Positions 41,158 through 51,597 of a stretch of 64,000 nucleotides of DNA are shown here, one piece after another. The translations under genes were made by a program, and so were the position numbers. The DNA comes from an uncultured delta proteobacterium (lineage in GTDB: Bacteria; Desulfobacterota; Binatia; Binatales; Binataceae). The stretch covers positions 648,258 to 712,257 of the forward strand of contig CAWICC010000005.1 of NCBI GenBank assembly GCA_963834535.1, given 5' to 3'. Positions within the stretch are counted from its first letter, which is position 1; each line of letters starts with the position of its first letter. The notes below the pieces were generated by a model. That model had not been told where the DNA came from, did no database searches, and saw nothing but the letters and a program-made list of their open reading frames with translations.

Positions 41158-42314
41158 GATTTGCTTTCCTGTAGCTCCTGACCAACCACTTCGACGTTGA
41201 ATTCGGGCGCCGCGGCGAGGAGCCGGCTGGTTAGCGATCGTCGCAGCAGTCGATTCCAAAACGTCGGATGCGTGCGTCCAACGACGATTCGCGTGATATT
41301 TTTTTCGCGGGCGAAATCGGTAAGCGCCTTGGTCACATCGGTCGCCTTGAGCCAAACCACCTCGCCTCCCAGCGTTGCCGCGAGGTTGACGTTATCCAGC
41401 AGGGCGCGAAAATTTGAGGTGCTGATTTTCTGCATCGATTCGTTCGGCGTCTCGATGTGGACTGCGTACCATTCCGCATTGAGTTGCGCCGCCGTTCGCG
41501 CGGCCTTGCGCAGTAGATTTTCGCTGCCGTCCGGATTTGCGGACAGGCAGACCATCAATCGCTCGCTGACGGCGGTGCGCCGTCCACCCTCGCGCTTGAG
41601 CGATTCCAGTTCTTCGCGCTGACGGCTTTGATCGCGCGCGACCTCGCGCAGCGCCATTTCACGCAGAGACGCGAGGTTGCTCGGCTTGAAGAAATTCTTG
41701 AGTGCCTGCTCGACCCGCTCCGATGGGTAGATCTTTCCCTCGCGCAGTCGCTGGCGCAGCTCCTCGACCGGAATATCGACCGACACGACCTGATCGGCGT
41801 GCGCCATGAGCGTATCGGGCACGGTCTCTCGCACATCCACATTAGTGATGCGCCGTACCGTCTCATTGAGGCTTTCCAGATGTTGCACGTTGAAGGCGGT
41901 GATTACCGAGATCCCGTTGTTGATGAGATCCTCGACGTCCTGATAGCGCTTGTTATGGCGCGATCCGGTGACGTTGGTGTGCGCCAGTTCGTCGACGATT
42001 GCGATCTCCGGCTTGCGCTGAAGAATGGCATCGATGTCCATCTCTTCAAGCGTAACGCCGCGATGCGGGAGCTTTTTCAGCGGAACCTGCTCGAGATCGC
42101 CGACGCGCGCCGCGGTCTCGACGCGACCATGGGTTTCGACAAAGCCGATAACAACGTCGTGTCCCTCTTGGCGCAATTTATGCGCCTCCTCGAGCATCCG
42201 GTAGGTTTTGCCGACGCCGGCAGCACCGCCCAGATAAACCTTCAGCCGTCCCTTCCTCGATTGAGGCACCTGGTCGAAAAATGCTTCCGGATCCTTGCGA
42301 CCATCATCGTTCAT
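41154..42314 (-). CDS. kdpD: standalone KdpD N-terminal sensor domain plus USP domain (no kinase module)
   Basis: KdpD_N P-loop (KVYLGGAAGVGKTYRMLEEA) and full KdpD-N similarity, followed by a USP-like domain. Ends without HisKA/HATPase. Located between kdpC and the PAS histidine kinase. Confidence 0.8.
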   Translation of the reverse strand: MNDDGRKDPEAFFDQVPQSRKGRLKVYLGGAAGVGKTYRMLEEAHKLRQEGHDVVIGFVETHGRVETAARVGDLEQVPLKKLPHRGVTLEEMDIDAILQRKPEIAIVDELAHTNVTGSRHNKRYQDVEDLINNGISVITAFNVQHLESLNETVRRITNVDVRETVPDTLMAHADQVVSVDIPVEELRQRLREGKIYPSERVEQALKNFFKPSNLASLREMALREVARDQSRQREELESLKREGGRRTAVSERLMVCLSANPDGSENLLRKAARTAAQLNAEWYAVHIETPNESMQKISTSNFRALLDNVNLAATLGGEVVWLKATDVTKALTDFAREKNITRIVVGRTHPTFWNRLLRRSLTSRLLAAAPEFNVEVVGQELQESKS

Positions 42315-42543
42315 CGTGGTGCGCGGCGCGTCGCGAAGCGGTGGGCAGGAGTCGGACCTCGATCCGCGCAACCGTTGCCAGCGCCATAGATTTTAACCCA
42401 ACTTCCCACTTTCCACACAAATCACGCTTGCAGGCGACGATTATAGCCTTCGGCGATCGTTATCGCGCCGCAGCGATCCTGTGCGGCCCCTGATGATACT
42501 CGCGATAAGGGAGTTGCGATGGTCTGGGATACTCCCGCCGCGA

Positions 42544-43141
42544 TCATTCGGCCTTCGCAGTCACGGCCGGTGCGGCACCGAGTCGATCCAGTGCCAGATT
42601 GAGTTCCAGAACGTTCACGCCCGGTTCGCCGAGTAAGCCTGCCCAGCGTCGCCGCGTATGAGCGCTGATTAGGTTGAGCACCGCAGGATTGGTCATGCCC
42701 CGCGCCTTGGCCACCCGTGCAGCTTGCATCTGGGCGCCGGCGGGCGTGATTTCGGGGTCAAGGCCACTGCCCGAAGCGGTGATCTGGCTAATCGGAACAT
42801 CTCCGGCGCTCGTTCCCGGATTTTGCTCCAGAGTTTCCTTCAGGCGCTGCCTGACGGAGTCGATCAGGGTCTTGTTGGTGGGGCCAAGATTTGATCCGCC
42901 TGAACTGGTCGGATCGTAGCCATTCCCGGCAGCCGACGGCCGCGGATGGAAATAGCCGGGCGCGTTGAAATTTTGTCCGATCAGTTCGGAACCCACGACG
43001 TGACCGTCGCGGGTGATCAGACTGCCATGCGCCTGGAAGGGGAATAGACTCTTCGCCCACCCGGTCATCAGCACCGGATAGATGATGCCGGTCAGACAAG
43101 GTTAGTACGAGAGTCATCTTGATGGCTGTCCAGAGTCTCAT
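42544..43141 (-). CDS. kdpC: potassium-transporting ATPase subunit C, interrupted by a frameshift near 43090-43097
   Basis: 176-aa ORF lacks the N-terminal TM helix ([19 protein letters not shown]...). The genuine N-terminus [15 protein letters not shown] is in another frame starting at ATG 43141. One extra base explains the shift. Confidence 0.8.
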
Positions 43142-43154
43142 CGGTTTGTCTCTC

Positions 43155-45172
43155 TTAAGCCAAGTGCAGAGCGGTAATCATCAGGTCGATCGCCTTGATT
43201 CCGATAAACGGAACAATAACGCCGCCCAGCCCGTAGATGAGCAGGTTGCGCGTCAACATCGAGGCGGCTCCAACCGGCCGATATTGCACACCGCGCAGGG
43301 CCAGCGGGATCAGCGCGATGATGATCAATGCATTGAAGATGACCGCAGACAGGATCGCACTCTGCGGGGTCGCAAAGGTGCATGATGTTTAGCGATTGCA
43401 GTTCGGGATATCCGATGAGGAACATCGCCGGAATGATGGCGAAGTATTTGGCGACGTCATTAGCGATCGAAAAGGTCGTGAGCGCGCCGCGCGTAATCAG
43501 CAACTGCTTGCCGATTTCGACTACTTCCATGATCTTGGTCGGATTCGAATCGAGATCGACCATGTTGCCGGCTTCGCGCGCGGCCTGCGTGCCGGCATTC
43601 ATCGCGATACCAACATCGGCCTGCGCCAGGGCCGGTGCGTCGTTGGTGCCGTCACCGATCATCGCGACCAGCTTGCCTTGCGCCTGCTCCTCCCGAATCA
43701 GCGCCAGCTTGGTCTCCGGCGTCGCCTCGGCGCGGAAGTCATCGACGCCGGCTTCATAAGCGATGGCGGCTGCGGTCAGCGGATTATCGCCGGTGATCAT
43801 CACCGTGCGCAGGCCCATCGCGCGCAATCGCGCAAAACGCTCCTTGATGCCCTCTTTGATGATGTCCTTCAAATGGATCACGCCGAGCACGCGCGCGTTT
43901 TCAACTACTACCAGCGGAGTGCCGCCTGCTTTGGCGATGCGCTCGACAATGCCGGCGAGTTCCGGCGGTGTGGTGCCGCCATTGTCACGCGCAAACTTCA
44001 CCGCCTGGTCGGCGGCGCCCTTGCGAATCCTGCGCTCGCCGATATCGACGCCGCTCATGCGAGTCTGCGCGGTGAAAGGGATAAAGAGCGCGTCGCTCTC
44101 GGCGAGGTCGCGCCCGCGGATATTGAACTCGCGCTTGGCCAGGACCACGATCGAACGCCCTTCGGGGGTCTCGTCGGCCAGCGAAGCGAGTTGCGCGGCG
44201 TCGGCGAGAGTCTCCACCTGAACGTCGAGTACGGGGAGAAATTCCGTCGCCATCCGGTTGCCAAGCGTGATCGTCCCGGTTTTGTCGAGCAGCAGAGTAT
44301 CGACATCGCCCGCCGCCTCGACCGCGCGCCCCGACATCGCGAGCACATTGTGCTGCACCAGCCGATCCATGCCCGCGATGCCGATCGCAGAGAGGAGGCC
44401 GCCGATAGTGGTTGGAATCAGGCACACCAGCAAGGCAACCAGCACCGGCAGGGTCAGCACGGTGCCGCCGTAGAGTGCGAACGGATAGAGACTCACGCAC
44501 ACCAGCATGAAGATGATCGTCAAGCCGGCGAGCAGGATGCTGAGCGCGATTTCGTTGGGCGTTTTCTGCCGCTTGGCGCCCTCCACCAGCGAGATCATGC
44601 GATCCATAAAGGTCTCGCCCGGATTAGCCGTGATGCGCACTTTGATCCAGTCTGAAATGACGGTGGTGCCGCCGGTGACCGCGCTGCGATCGCCGCCGCT
44701 CTCGCGAATCACCGGCGCCGATTCCCCGGTAATCGCGGCTTCATTGACGGCCGCAACCCCCTCGACCACTTCGCCGTCGCCCGGGATCACTTCGTCCGCC
44801 TTGACCAGGACGATATCGTCGCGGCGTCAGCGACGTTGCCGGCACCATGATCTCCTGGCCCTGCTTAATCTGCCGCGCCTGGGTTTGCGTGCGTGTTTTG
44901 CGCAGATTGTCGGCCTGGGCTTTGCCGCGCCCTTCAGCCATCGCCTCGGCGAAATTCGCAAAGCCGACCGTGAACCACAGCCACAGAGCGATCTGCAATT
45001 CGAATCCGACCAGCGTCGAATGACCCGAGAAAATATTCTTGAAGAGGATGATCGTCACTGCCAGCGCCGTCACTTCGACCACGAACATGACGGGATTGCG
45101 GGCTTGGATTCGCGGGTCGAACTTGCGCATCGAATCGACCAGCGCCCCTTTGACGATCTCATTGTCCCACAA
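43155..45172 (-). CDS. kdpB: potassium-transporting P-type ATPase subunit B, interrupted by two single-base frameshifts (~43375 and ~44822)
   Basis: N-terminal segment (ORF 44741-45172: ...[11 protein letters not shown]...). Core (ORF 43138-44790: [34 protein letters not shown]). Genuine C-terminus ([25 protein letters not shown]...ALHLA) is recovered in a third frame down to the stop at 43155. Confidence 0.85.
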
Positions 45173-45215
45173 CGCAGTTGCGTTACCGCTCAGCCATTGA
45201 AAATTACTCCTGTCC

Positions 45216-46943
45216 TTAAAACAGCTTGCCCTGCATCATCGCAAGGTGTTCGACGATCGGGCCGAGAGCGTCGGCGGGGAAGAAGGTCAGCGCCGCGACG
45301 ATTAGGATTATGCCTACCAGCAGGATGACGAAGATCGCGCCGGTGGTCGGAAAGGTGCCCGCACTCGCCGGAACCGCACGCTTGGCGGCGAGCGATCCTG
45401 CCAACGCCAGCACCGGGATCTTCATCATGAAACGTCCAAATAGCATCACGACCGCGAGCGTCACGTTGTAGAAGGGCGTATTCGCGTTGAGCCCGCCAAA
45501 GGCCGAACCGTTGTTGGCTGACGCCTCGCTGAATGCGTAGAGAATCTGCGAGAAGCCGTGCGGTCCCGGGTTACTGATTCCGGCGAGTCCGGCCTTGGTT
45601 ACGACCGCGATTCCCGCAGGCAGTAGGATCACCGTCGGGAAAATCAGGATGAAGAGCATCGCAAGCTTCATCTCGCGCCCCTCAATCTTCTTACCAAGGT
45701 ACTCGGGCGTTCGTCCGACCATCAGCCCTGCGATGAACACCGCGAGCACCGCCATCACCAGCATGCCGTACAGTCCCGACCCGACGCCGCCGAAGATGAT
45801 CTCGCCGATCTGGATATTGAGCAGCGGAATCAGGCCACCGAGCGGCGTGAAGCTGTCGTGCATCGCATTGACCGCGCCGCATGAGGTGTCAGTGGTGATA
45901 GTCGCCCACAGCGCCGAATTAACGATGCCGAAGCGGACCTCCTTGCCCTCCATGTTGCCGCCGCTCTGAGTGGCACTCGCCGTTTGATTGATGCCCATCG
46001 CAGCGAACTGCGGATTACCCCGTTGCTCGGCCTTGATCGCGCATGCGGCCCCAATCAAAAAGAGAATTCCCATGGCGCCAAAAAGCGCCCAACCTTGGCG
46101 CCGATCGCCTGCCATCTTGCCGAAGGTATGGGTTAAGCCACCCGCAATCGCGAAGATCGCGAGCATCTCAAGCAGGTTCGTCAGCGGAGTCGGATTCTCG
46201 TACGGATGCGCCGAATTGGCGTTGAAGTAGCCGCCGCCGTTGGTGCCGAGTTCCTTGATTACCTCCTGCGATGCGACGGGCCCTTGCGCGATCGTCTGGG
46301 TCGCGCCTTCGACCGTCTTGACCTGCGTGTAGGCGCTGAAGTTCTGCGGCACGCCTTGCCATACCAGCACCAGGGCGCCGATTATGCTGATCGGCAACAG
46401 CACCCACAGAGTTGCTCGCGTCATATCGACCCAGAAATTTCCGATGGTCTTTGCGCTGCGTCGCACGAAACCGCGAATTACAGCTATCGCAACTGCGATC
46501 CCTGCCGCCGCCGAAACGAAATTGTGGAAGGCGAGACCGGCCATCTGCGTGAAGTAGCTCATGGTCGATTCGCCGGCGTACGCCTGCCAGTTGGTATTGG
46601 TGGTGAAGCTCGCGGCAGTATTGAAAGCGAGATCGGTCCCAACGGCGCCGAACTGCTGAGGATTCAGCGGCAGATAGTATTGCAGGCGCTCCATCGCATA
46701 GAGCAACAGCATTCCCGCCATGCTGAAGAGCAGCATCGACACCGCATATTCGACCCACGTTTCTTCTGCCTCGGGATGCACTCCGCAGAGCCGATAGATG
46801 GTCCGCTCGATCGGCCGCAGAACCGGATCGAGCATGGTTGGCTCGCCCGCAAAAACCCGCGCCATATAAAGGCCGAGCGGTATGCTGATCGCCGTCAACA
46901 GAACACAGAAAAGGCCTACTTGAGTGATTGCATTCGCAAGCAT
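45216..46943 (-). CDS. kdpA: potassium-transporting ATPase subunit A (K+ channel-like)
   Basis: 575 aa, intact, about 10 TM helices with KdpA-wide similarity ([12 protein letters not shown]...[19 protein letters not shown]...). Confidence 0.9.
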   Translation of the reverse strand: MLANAITQVGLFCVLLTAISIPLGLYMARVFAGEPTMLDPVLRPIERTIYRLCGVHPEAEETWVEYAVSMLLFSMAGMLLLYAMERLQYYLPLNPQQFGAVGTDLAFNTAASFTTNTNWQAYAGESTMSYFTQMAGLAFHNFVSAAAGIAVAIAVIRGFVRRSAKTIGNFWVDMTRATLWVLLPISIIGALVLVWQGVPQNFSAYTQVKTVEGATQTIAQGPVASQEVIKELGTNGGGYFNANSAHPYENPTPLTNLLEMLAIFAIAGGLTHTFGKMAGDRRQGWALFGAMGILFLIGAACAIKAEQRGNPQFAAMGINQTASATQSGGNMEGKEVRFGIVNSALWATITTDTSCGAVNAMHDSFTPLGGLIPLLNIQIGEIIFGGVGSGLYGMLVMAVLAVFIAGLMVGRTPEYLGKKIEGREMKLAMLFILIFPTVILLPAGIAVVTKAGLAGISNPGPHGFSQILYAFSEASANNGSAFGGLNANTPFYNVTLAVVMLFGRFMMKIPVLALAGSLAAKRAVPASAGTFPTTGAIFVILLVGIILIVAALTFFPADALGPIVEHLAMMQGKLF

Positions 46944-46952
46944 GAGCCCCTC

Positions 46953-47045
46953 CTAAAATTTCTCGGGACGCAGCATCGCGTACACCAGGTAGGCGGTCAG
47001 TCCGACCGCCATGACTGAGCCCATTATCAGTTCCCAGAGACTCAT
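46953..47045 (-). CDS. kdpF: potassium-transporting ATPase subunit F (small hydrophobic peptide)
   Basis: 30-aa MSLWELIMGSVMAVGLTAYLVYAMLRPEKF directly upstream of kdpA. C-terminal YLVYAML-type motif is typical of KdpF. Confidence 0.7.
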   Translation of the reverse strand: MSLWELIMGSVMAVGLTAYLVYAMLRPEKF

Positions 47046-47125
47046 AGGCGGATGCACCCCCAGACATAGCAGAGCGCGATCGCGAAGAACGCGCCGGTTG
47101 CGCCGATATAAATTACGTCCATCAT
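47042..47125 (-). CDS. candidate 27-aa hydrophobic micro-protein translationally coupled (ATGA) to kdpF
   Basis: Minus-strand ORF ATGATGGACGTAATT...TGA encodes MMDVIYIGATGAFFAIALCYVWGCIRL. Its stop overlaps the kdpF ATG. One predicted TM helix. No obvious Shine-Dalgarno. Confidence 0.35.
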   Translation of the reverse strand: MMDVIYIGATGAFFAIALCYVWGCIRL

Positions 47126-47351
47126 GCAAGCACTCACAGCACCTAGCGTGCCGTTCGTGAACCCACAGAAACGCGGCATTTTTTCCTTGTGAATCCAGCG
47201 TTAATGCAAATTGCCGCAACGCTTCGATGCAAAATGGAATGCTCCCGCACTGTCATTTAACTGCCGCTCGAACGGAAAATCGTCCCTCGTGATTCATTCC
47301 GCAGTGGCCGTCGTGCCATTCGTAGGGCGCAACTATGTTAGGTGGAGCAAT

Positions 47352-47720
47352 ATGATTCTGCACATCCTGAGGCAGCGAGAATGGGAAGAGGCCCTTCGAC
47401 TTGGCGCTTACCAGCCACCTTCGCTCGACAGCGAAGGCTTCATTCACTGCTCGACCGTTACCCAGTTAGTCGATACCGCCAACATCTTCTTCCATGGAGC
47501 GCATGACGTACTGCTGCTGTGCATCGACGAAAGCAAGGTCGCCGCGACCGTCACCTTCGAAACCCCCGCGGTTATCGGCGATGCCCGCCCGCGCACGTCG
47601 TTCCCACATATTTACGGACCCTTGAACCTTGATGCAGTCTTCGAAGTTATCAAGTTCCCGTGTGACGCCGATGGAACGTTTCGATTGCCAGTGATGCTGC
47701 AAGACCTGCCGCGGAATTGA
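47352..47720 (+). CDS. DUF952-family protein
   Basis: About 122 aa starting MILHILRQREWEEALRLGAYQPPSLDSEGFIHCS, matching the conserved DUF952 N-terminus. The longer ORF from 47211 is probably upstream read-through. Confidence 0.6.
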   Translation: MILHILRQREWEEALRLGAYQPPSLDSEGFIHCSTVTQLVDTANIFFHGAHDVLLLCIDESKVAATVTFETPAVIGDARPRTSFPHIYGPLNLDAVFEVIKFPCDADGTFRLPVMLQDLPRN

Positions 47721-47798
47721 ACCAAGCCGGGGGTCTGGCGCCGGTTCTCCATAGGATGAAATAATCGCGCCTCTAGCGGCCGGATAATCGAGGATGAC

Positions 47799-48710
47799 AT
47801 GGAAGCTGACGTGGGGAAGCGGCGACTCGGAAAAACCGGATTCGAAGTGAGTGTACTCGGTTTTGGCGCTTCCGAAATCGGCTATCAGAATGTAGCGCCT
47901 GGTACGGTCGAGAAGTTGCTTAACGCCGCGCTCGATGGTGGTCTTAATGTTATCGACACCGCCGCCTGCTACGACACCAGCGAGGAATTGATCGGCGCCG
48001 CTATCGGCCGCCGGCGGTCCGAGTATTTTCTTTTCACCAAGTGCGGTCATGCGAAAGGGTTCGCCGCCACGGAAGATTGGACTCCCGGCCTGGTCGAGCA
48101 GAGCCTCGCACGCAGCCTCAAGCGCTTGCGCACCGATCATGTGGATCTGCTGCAATTCCATTCCTGTTCGGCGGATGAGATGCGCAACGACGACCTCATA
48201 CAAGCGCTCGTTCGCACCAAGGAAAAGGGCCTCGCGCGCGCGATCGGCTATAGCGGCGACGGCGCCGACGCGCTTTACGCGATCGAGACCGAGATTTTCG
48301 ACAGCCTACAAACCTCCGTGAGTATCGCTGACCAGGAGGCGATCGATCTCACGATACCCGCCGCCATTGCCCGCGACATGGGAGTTATCGCCAAGCGTCC
48401 AATTGCCAACGTGGCTTGGCTTTTCAGCCGCTGGCGCGTCGGGGATTACGAGAAGCCCTATTGGCGCCGCCTCAAAAAACTTGCGTACGAGTTTTTGCGC
48501 GGCGATGCTGAAACGGCGGCTGAAACTGCGTTGCGCTTTACGCTGAGCGTCCCAGGTGTTGCAACCGCAATTGTCGGCACCTCGAAACCGTCTCGATGGG
48601 CCGAGAACGCCGCGCTCGCCGCCCGCGGGACCTTGGAACCATCGCGTTTCGACGCGATTCGTGCGCGCTGGCTCGCCGCCGCCGATTCCGACTGGGTCGG
48701 CTTGCGCTAA
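47799..48710 (+). CDS. aldo/keto reductase
   Basis: AKR motifs (LGFGASEIG, IDTAACYDTSEELIG, LLQFHSC). 303 aa. Confidence 0.85.
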   Translation: MEADVGKRRLGKTGFEVSVLGFGASEIGYQNVAPGTVEKLLNAALDGGLNVIDTAACYDTSEELIGAAIGRRRSEYFLFTKCGHAKGFAATEDWTPGLVEQSLARSLKRLRTDHVDLLQFHSCSADEMRNDDLIQALVRTKEKGLARAIGYSGDGADALYAIETEIFDSLQTSVSIADQEAIDLTIPAAIARDMGVIAKRPIANVAWLFSRWRVGDYEKPYWRRLKKLAYEFLRGDAETAAETALRFTLSVPGVATAIVGTSKPSRWAENAALAARGTLEPSRFDAIRARWLAAADSDWVGLR

Positions 48711-48727
48711 CCGCAAGGAGTATCTCG

Positions 48728-49708
48728 ATGAAAGCAAACGCGATCGTGGTCAATCAAATAGGTGAACCCGAAGTGCTCCAGTTTACTGGGGTTGAGGTGC
48801 CTGCGCCCGGCCCTGGCGAGGTCTTACTGCGTCATCGCGCCATCGGTCTTAATTTTGTCGAGATATACTTCCGATCGGGCGTCTATCCGGCGCCGTCGAT
48901 GCCCTTCACGCCGGGGAGCGAGGGCGCCGGCGTTATCGAAGCCGTTGGTCCCGGTGTCAGCGAGCTGAAGCCCGGGGATCGCGTCGCCTACGCCGGTGGT
49001 CCCATGGGGGCCTATGCCGAAGTGCGCGTTATCCCCGCGCGGTTCCTGGTCAAGCTGCCTAACTCTATCGATGAAGCGACTGCCGCGGCTGCGATGCTGA
49101 AGGGAATGACTGCGCACGCCCTCATCTTCTCGGTTTACACCGTCAAACCCGGCGATACGATCCTCGTACAGGCCGCGGCGGGCGGCGTCGGCCTCATCTT
49201 GTGCCAGTGGGCGAAGCATCTTGGCGCGACCGTGATCGGCTGCGTCGGCAGCGATGAAAAGGCGCGCCTTGCGGCCGCTCACGGATGCGATCACACGATC
49301 GTTTACACGCGCGAGGATATCCCCGCCCGCGTCAAGGAAATAACCGGCGGCGCAATGCTTCCGGTGGTTTACGATTCGGTCGGGCAGGCGACCTTCATGA
49401 AATCGATCGATTGTCTGCGTCCGCGCGGCCTGATGGTCGCCTTTGGGCAGGCTTCCGGCATCGTCCCGCCTTTCAGCGTCAACATCCTCAGCGCTAAGGG
49501 TTCGCTTTATCTCACTCGTCCGACGTTGCAGACCTACACGGCCAAGCGCGAGGAATTGGTCGAACGCGCCAATTCGCTTTTCGCGGCGCTTGCCAGCGGC
49601 GTCGTCAAATGCCAGGTGCAACAGCGTTTCGCCTTGCTCGCCGCCGCCGATGCCCACCGCGCGCTGGGCGAACGCAATACGACCGGATCTAACATCCTGG
49701 TGCCCTGA
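48728..49708 (+). CDS. qor: NADPH:quinone oxidoreductase (MDR family, zeta-crystallin-like)
   Basis: Quinone-reductase N-terminus (VVNQIGEPEVLQF...GEVLLRHRAIGLNFVEIYFRSGVYP) and nucleotide motif (AAAGGVGL). Start at ATG 48728; the ORF extends upstream. Confidence 0.85.
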   Translation: MKANAIVVNQIGEPEVLQFTGVEVPAPGPGEVLLRHRAIGLNFVEIYFRSGVYPAPSMPFTPGSEGAGVIEAVGPGVSELKPGDRVAYAGGPMGAYAEVRVIPARFLVKLPNSIDEATAAAAMLKGMTAHALIFSVYTVKPGDTILVQAAAGGVGLILCQWAKHLGATVIGCVGSDEKARLAAAHGCDHTIVYTREDIPARVKEITGGAMLPVVYDSVGQATFMKSIDCLRPRGLMVAFGQASGIVPPFSVNILSAKGSLYLTRPTLQTYTAKREELVERANSLFAALASGVVKCQVQQRFALLAAADAHRALGERNTTGSNILVP

Positions 49709-49815
49709 GGCCGACCCATTGGAGGCTGCCGACGGTGGCCGCGCGGTAATAGTCGCATCCGGTTTAGCTTGCGGCTACCGTGTGAGATGCATGCCGATCT
49801 GTTTGCGCGCATGCG

Positions 49816-51012
49816 TTGGCAATGAAAATTCTCGTATTCAACTGCGGCAGCTCGTCGCTCAAATTCGAATTACTCGAACTGGACGCGGGCTGTGCATTAC
49901 GCGATCGAATCGCGCGCGGTGTCTGCGAGGAAATCGGTCCGCATGCGCACTCGAAGATGAGCGACGCCAGCGGGCGTAAGTTCGACGCCGCGAACGCTGT
50001 CGCCAATCACGCGGAGGCGGCGCAGCAGGCGATTAAATGGCTGCAGGAAGGGCAGATTGGACTGCAACTCGATGCGATCGCCCATCGAATCGTCCACGGC
50101 GGCGATCATATCAGTGAACCGGTTATCGTGGACGACAAAGTAATTTGTGCCCTCAACGACGCCTCCCGCTTTGCCCCTCTGCACAATCCCCCGGCGATCG
50201 CGACATTGCGCGCGATGCGCGATCGATTCCCCCAGGTGCCATCGATCGTCGTCACCGATACTGCCTTCCATAGAACGATGCCGCCGATGGCGCGCACCTA
50301 TGCCATCCCACGGGCGCTGGCCGCGCGCCACGAAATTCATCGCTACGGATTTCACGGCATCGGTCATTCGTGGATGCTCGACCGCTTTGCGGAAATCGCC
50401 GGCCGCCGCATCTCGACGCTGAATCTGATCACGCTGCAACTCGGTGCGGGATGTTCGGCCGCGGCGATTCGCGAGGGCAAATCGATCGACACTTCGATGG
50501 GACTGACGCCGCTCGAAGGCCTGATGATGGCGACGCGATCCGGCGATCTCGACCCGGCCATTTTCAGCTTTCTTGCTGCCAGCGAAAATATCTCACCGAA
50601 GGAGGTCGATCGCATCCTGAATCACGACTCGGGACTGCTTGGCGTTTCAGGCATTTCAGATGACATGCGCGAACTTGAATCTGCGGCTGATGCAAACCCG
50701 GACGCAGCGCTCGCCATCGAGATGTTCTGTTATCGCGTGCGCAAATATATTGGCGCTTATGCGGTGGCGCTCGGACGCGTCGATGCGATCATCTTTGGCG
50801 CAGGCATTGGAGAGCATTCCGAAGATGTCCGCGCCCGCGTCTGCGATGGCCTCGAGGCTCTCGGAATCGTGATCGACCGCGTGCGCAATGCCGCGGGTAA
50901 TGGTCGGGAAGCGTGCTTCAGCGCGGATACATCGAAAATCGCACTGTGGGTTGTACCGCTCGATGAAGAGCTCCAGATCGCGCGCGCTACCGTCCGGCTG
51001 CTCGCCAAGTAA
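49816..51012 (+). CDS. ackA: acetate kinase
   Basis: ASKHA-family N-terminus (MKILVFNCGSSSLKFELLE) and acetate/propionate-kinase signatures (VVTDTAFH, HRYGFHGIGH). 398 aa. Confidence 0.9.
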   Translation: MAMKILVFNCGSSSLKFELLELDAGCALRDRIARGVCEEIGPHAHSKMSDASGRKFDAANAVANHAEAAQQAIKWLQEGQIGLQLDAIAHRIVHGGDHISEPVIVDDKVICALNDASRFAPLHNPPAIATLRAMRDRFPQVPSIVVTDTAFHRTMPPMARTYAIPRALAARHEIHRYGFHGIGHSWMLDRFAEIAGRRISTLNLITLQLGAGCSAAAIREGKSIDTSMGLTPLEGLMMATRSGDLDPAIFSFLAASENISPKEVDRILNHDSGLLGVSGISDDMRELESAADANPDAALAIEMFCYRVRKYIGAYAVALGRVDAIIFGAGIGEHSEDVRARVCDGLEALGIVIDRVRNAAGNGREACFSADTSKIALWVVPLDEELQIARATVRLLAK

Positions 51013-51058
51013 AATACCTCCGCGCCATTTGAACCCGCCGGAACGTCAAACATTCGCT

Positions 51059-51376
51059 TCAGCGCTGAAGTTCAATGCTGCTCATCGAGATAATGGCCTC
51101 GACATCCGTGTAATTCGGCGTGTCGCCCTGAAGCTCTGCCGCATGGGGCAGGAAGGCACTTTCGAATGCCTCTTTAGAGTCGCAGACGAAATGGCAGAGC
51201 GCATGGAAGGACTGCGGAGGCCATGGTGCGCCCGGGTCGAGGCCGCGTTCGACCGAGACAGATCTCATCGCGTGCCCAATGCGCGCGATCGACAGCGGCA
51301 TATGAGTCGAAACATAGTAATCGAAATCGAACCGGCTGCCCGGCGTCTTTGGGTAGAGGATCGTGACCCGGATCAT
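51059..51376 (-). CDS. EthD-family protein (dimeric alpha/beta barrel)
   Basis: 105 aa. MIRVTILYPKTPGSRFDFDYYVSTHMPL matches the EthD-family N-terminus. Confidence 0.7.
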   Translation of the reverse strand: MIRVTILYPKTPGSRFDFDYYVSTHMPLSIARIGHAMRSVSVERGLDPGAPWPPQSFHALCHFVCDSKEAFESAFLPHAAELQGDTPNYTDVEAIISMSSIELQR

Positions 51377-51597
51377 CGAGGGTTCCTCCTCGCGAATTGG
51401 CTCTGCGCAAGGCGTCGGAGTTAGCGCGACCCGGTCAATCGCACCGTTGCGCTGTGAGTGTCGCCACTGTTGATGATGGCCGTGCGGTTCCGTCGATGCC
51501 GCGACTTCACGTTACCCAGTGCTGGTGCTGTACTCAATCCGCTCTTCAAGACCGATCAAGGCGCGCGCCGGCCGAACCCGGCGGAACCATGAGCGTT

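Noticed and set aside
46953-47219. 88-aa minus ORF extending kdpF upstream
   Set aside because: Only the last 30 codons resemble KdpF. The upstream part is read-through of non-coding DNA in the same frame.
46900-47400. Sigma-54 (-24/-12) promoter upstream of kdpF that would be expected given the adjacent NtrC-type regulator
   Set aside because: The only GG...GC candidate (CGGCAATTTGCA) has the wrong spacing. No convincing TGGCAC-N5-TTGC element found by eye.
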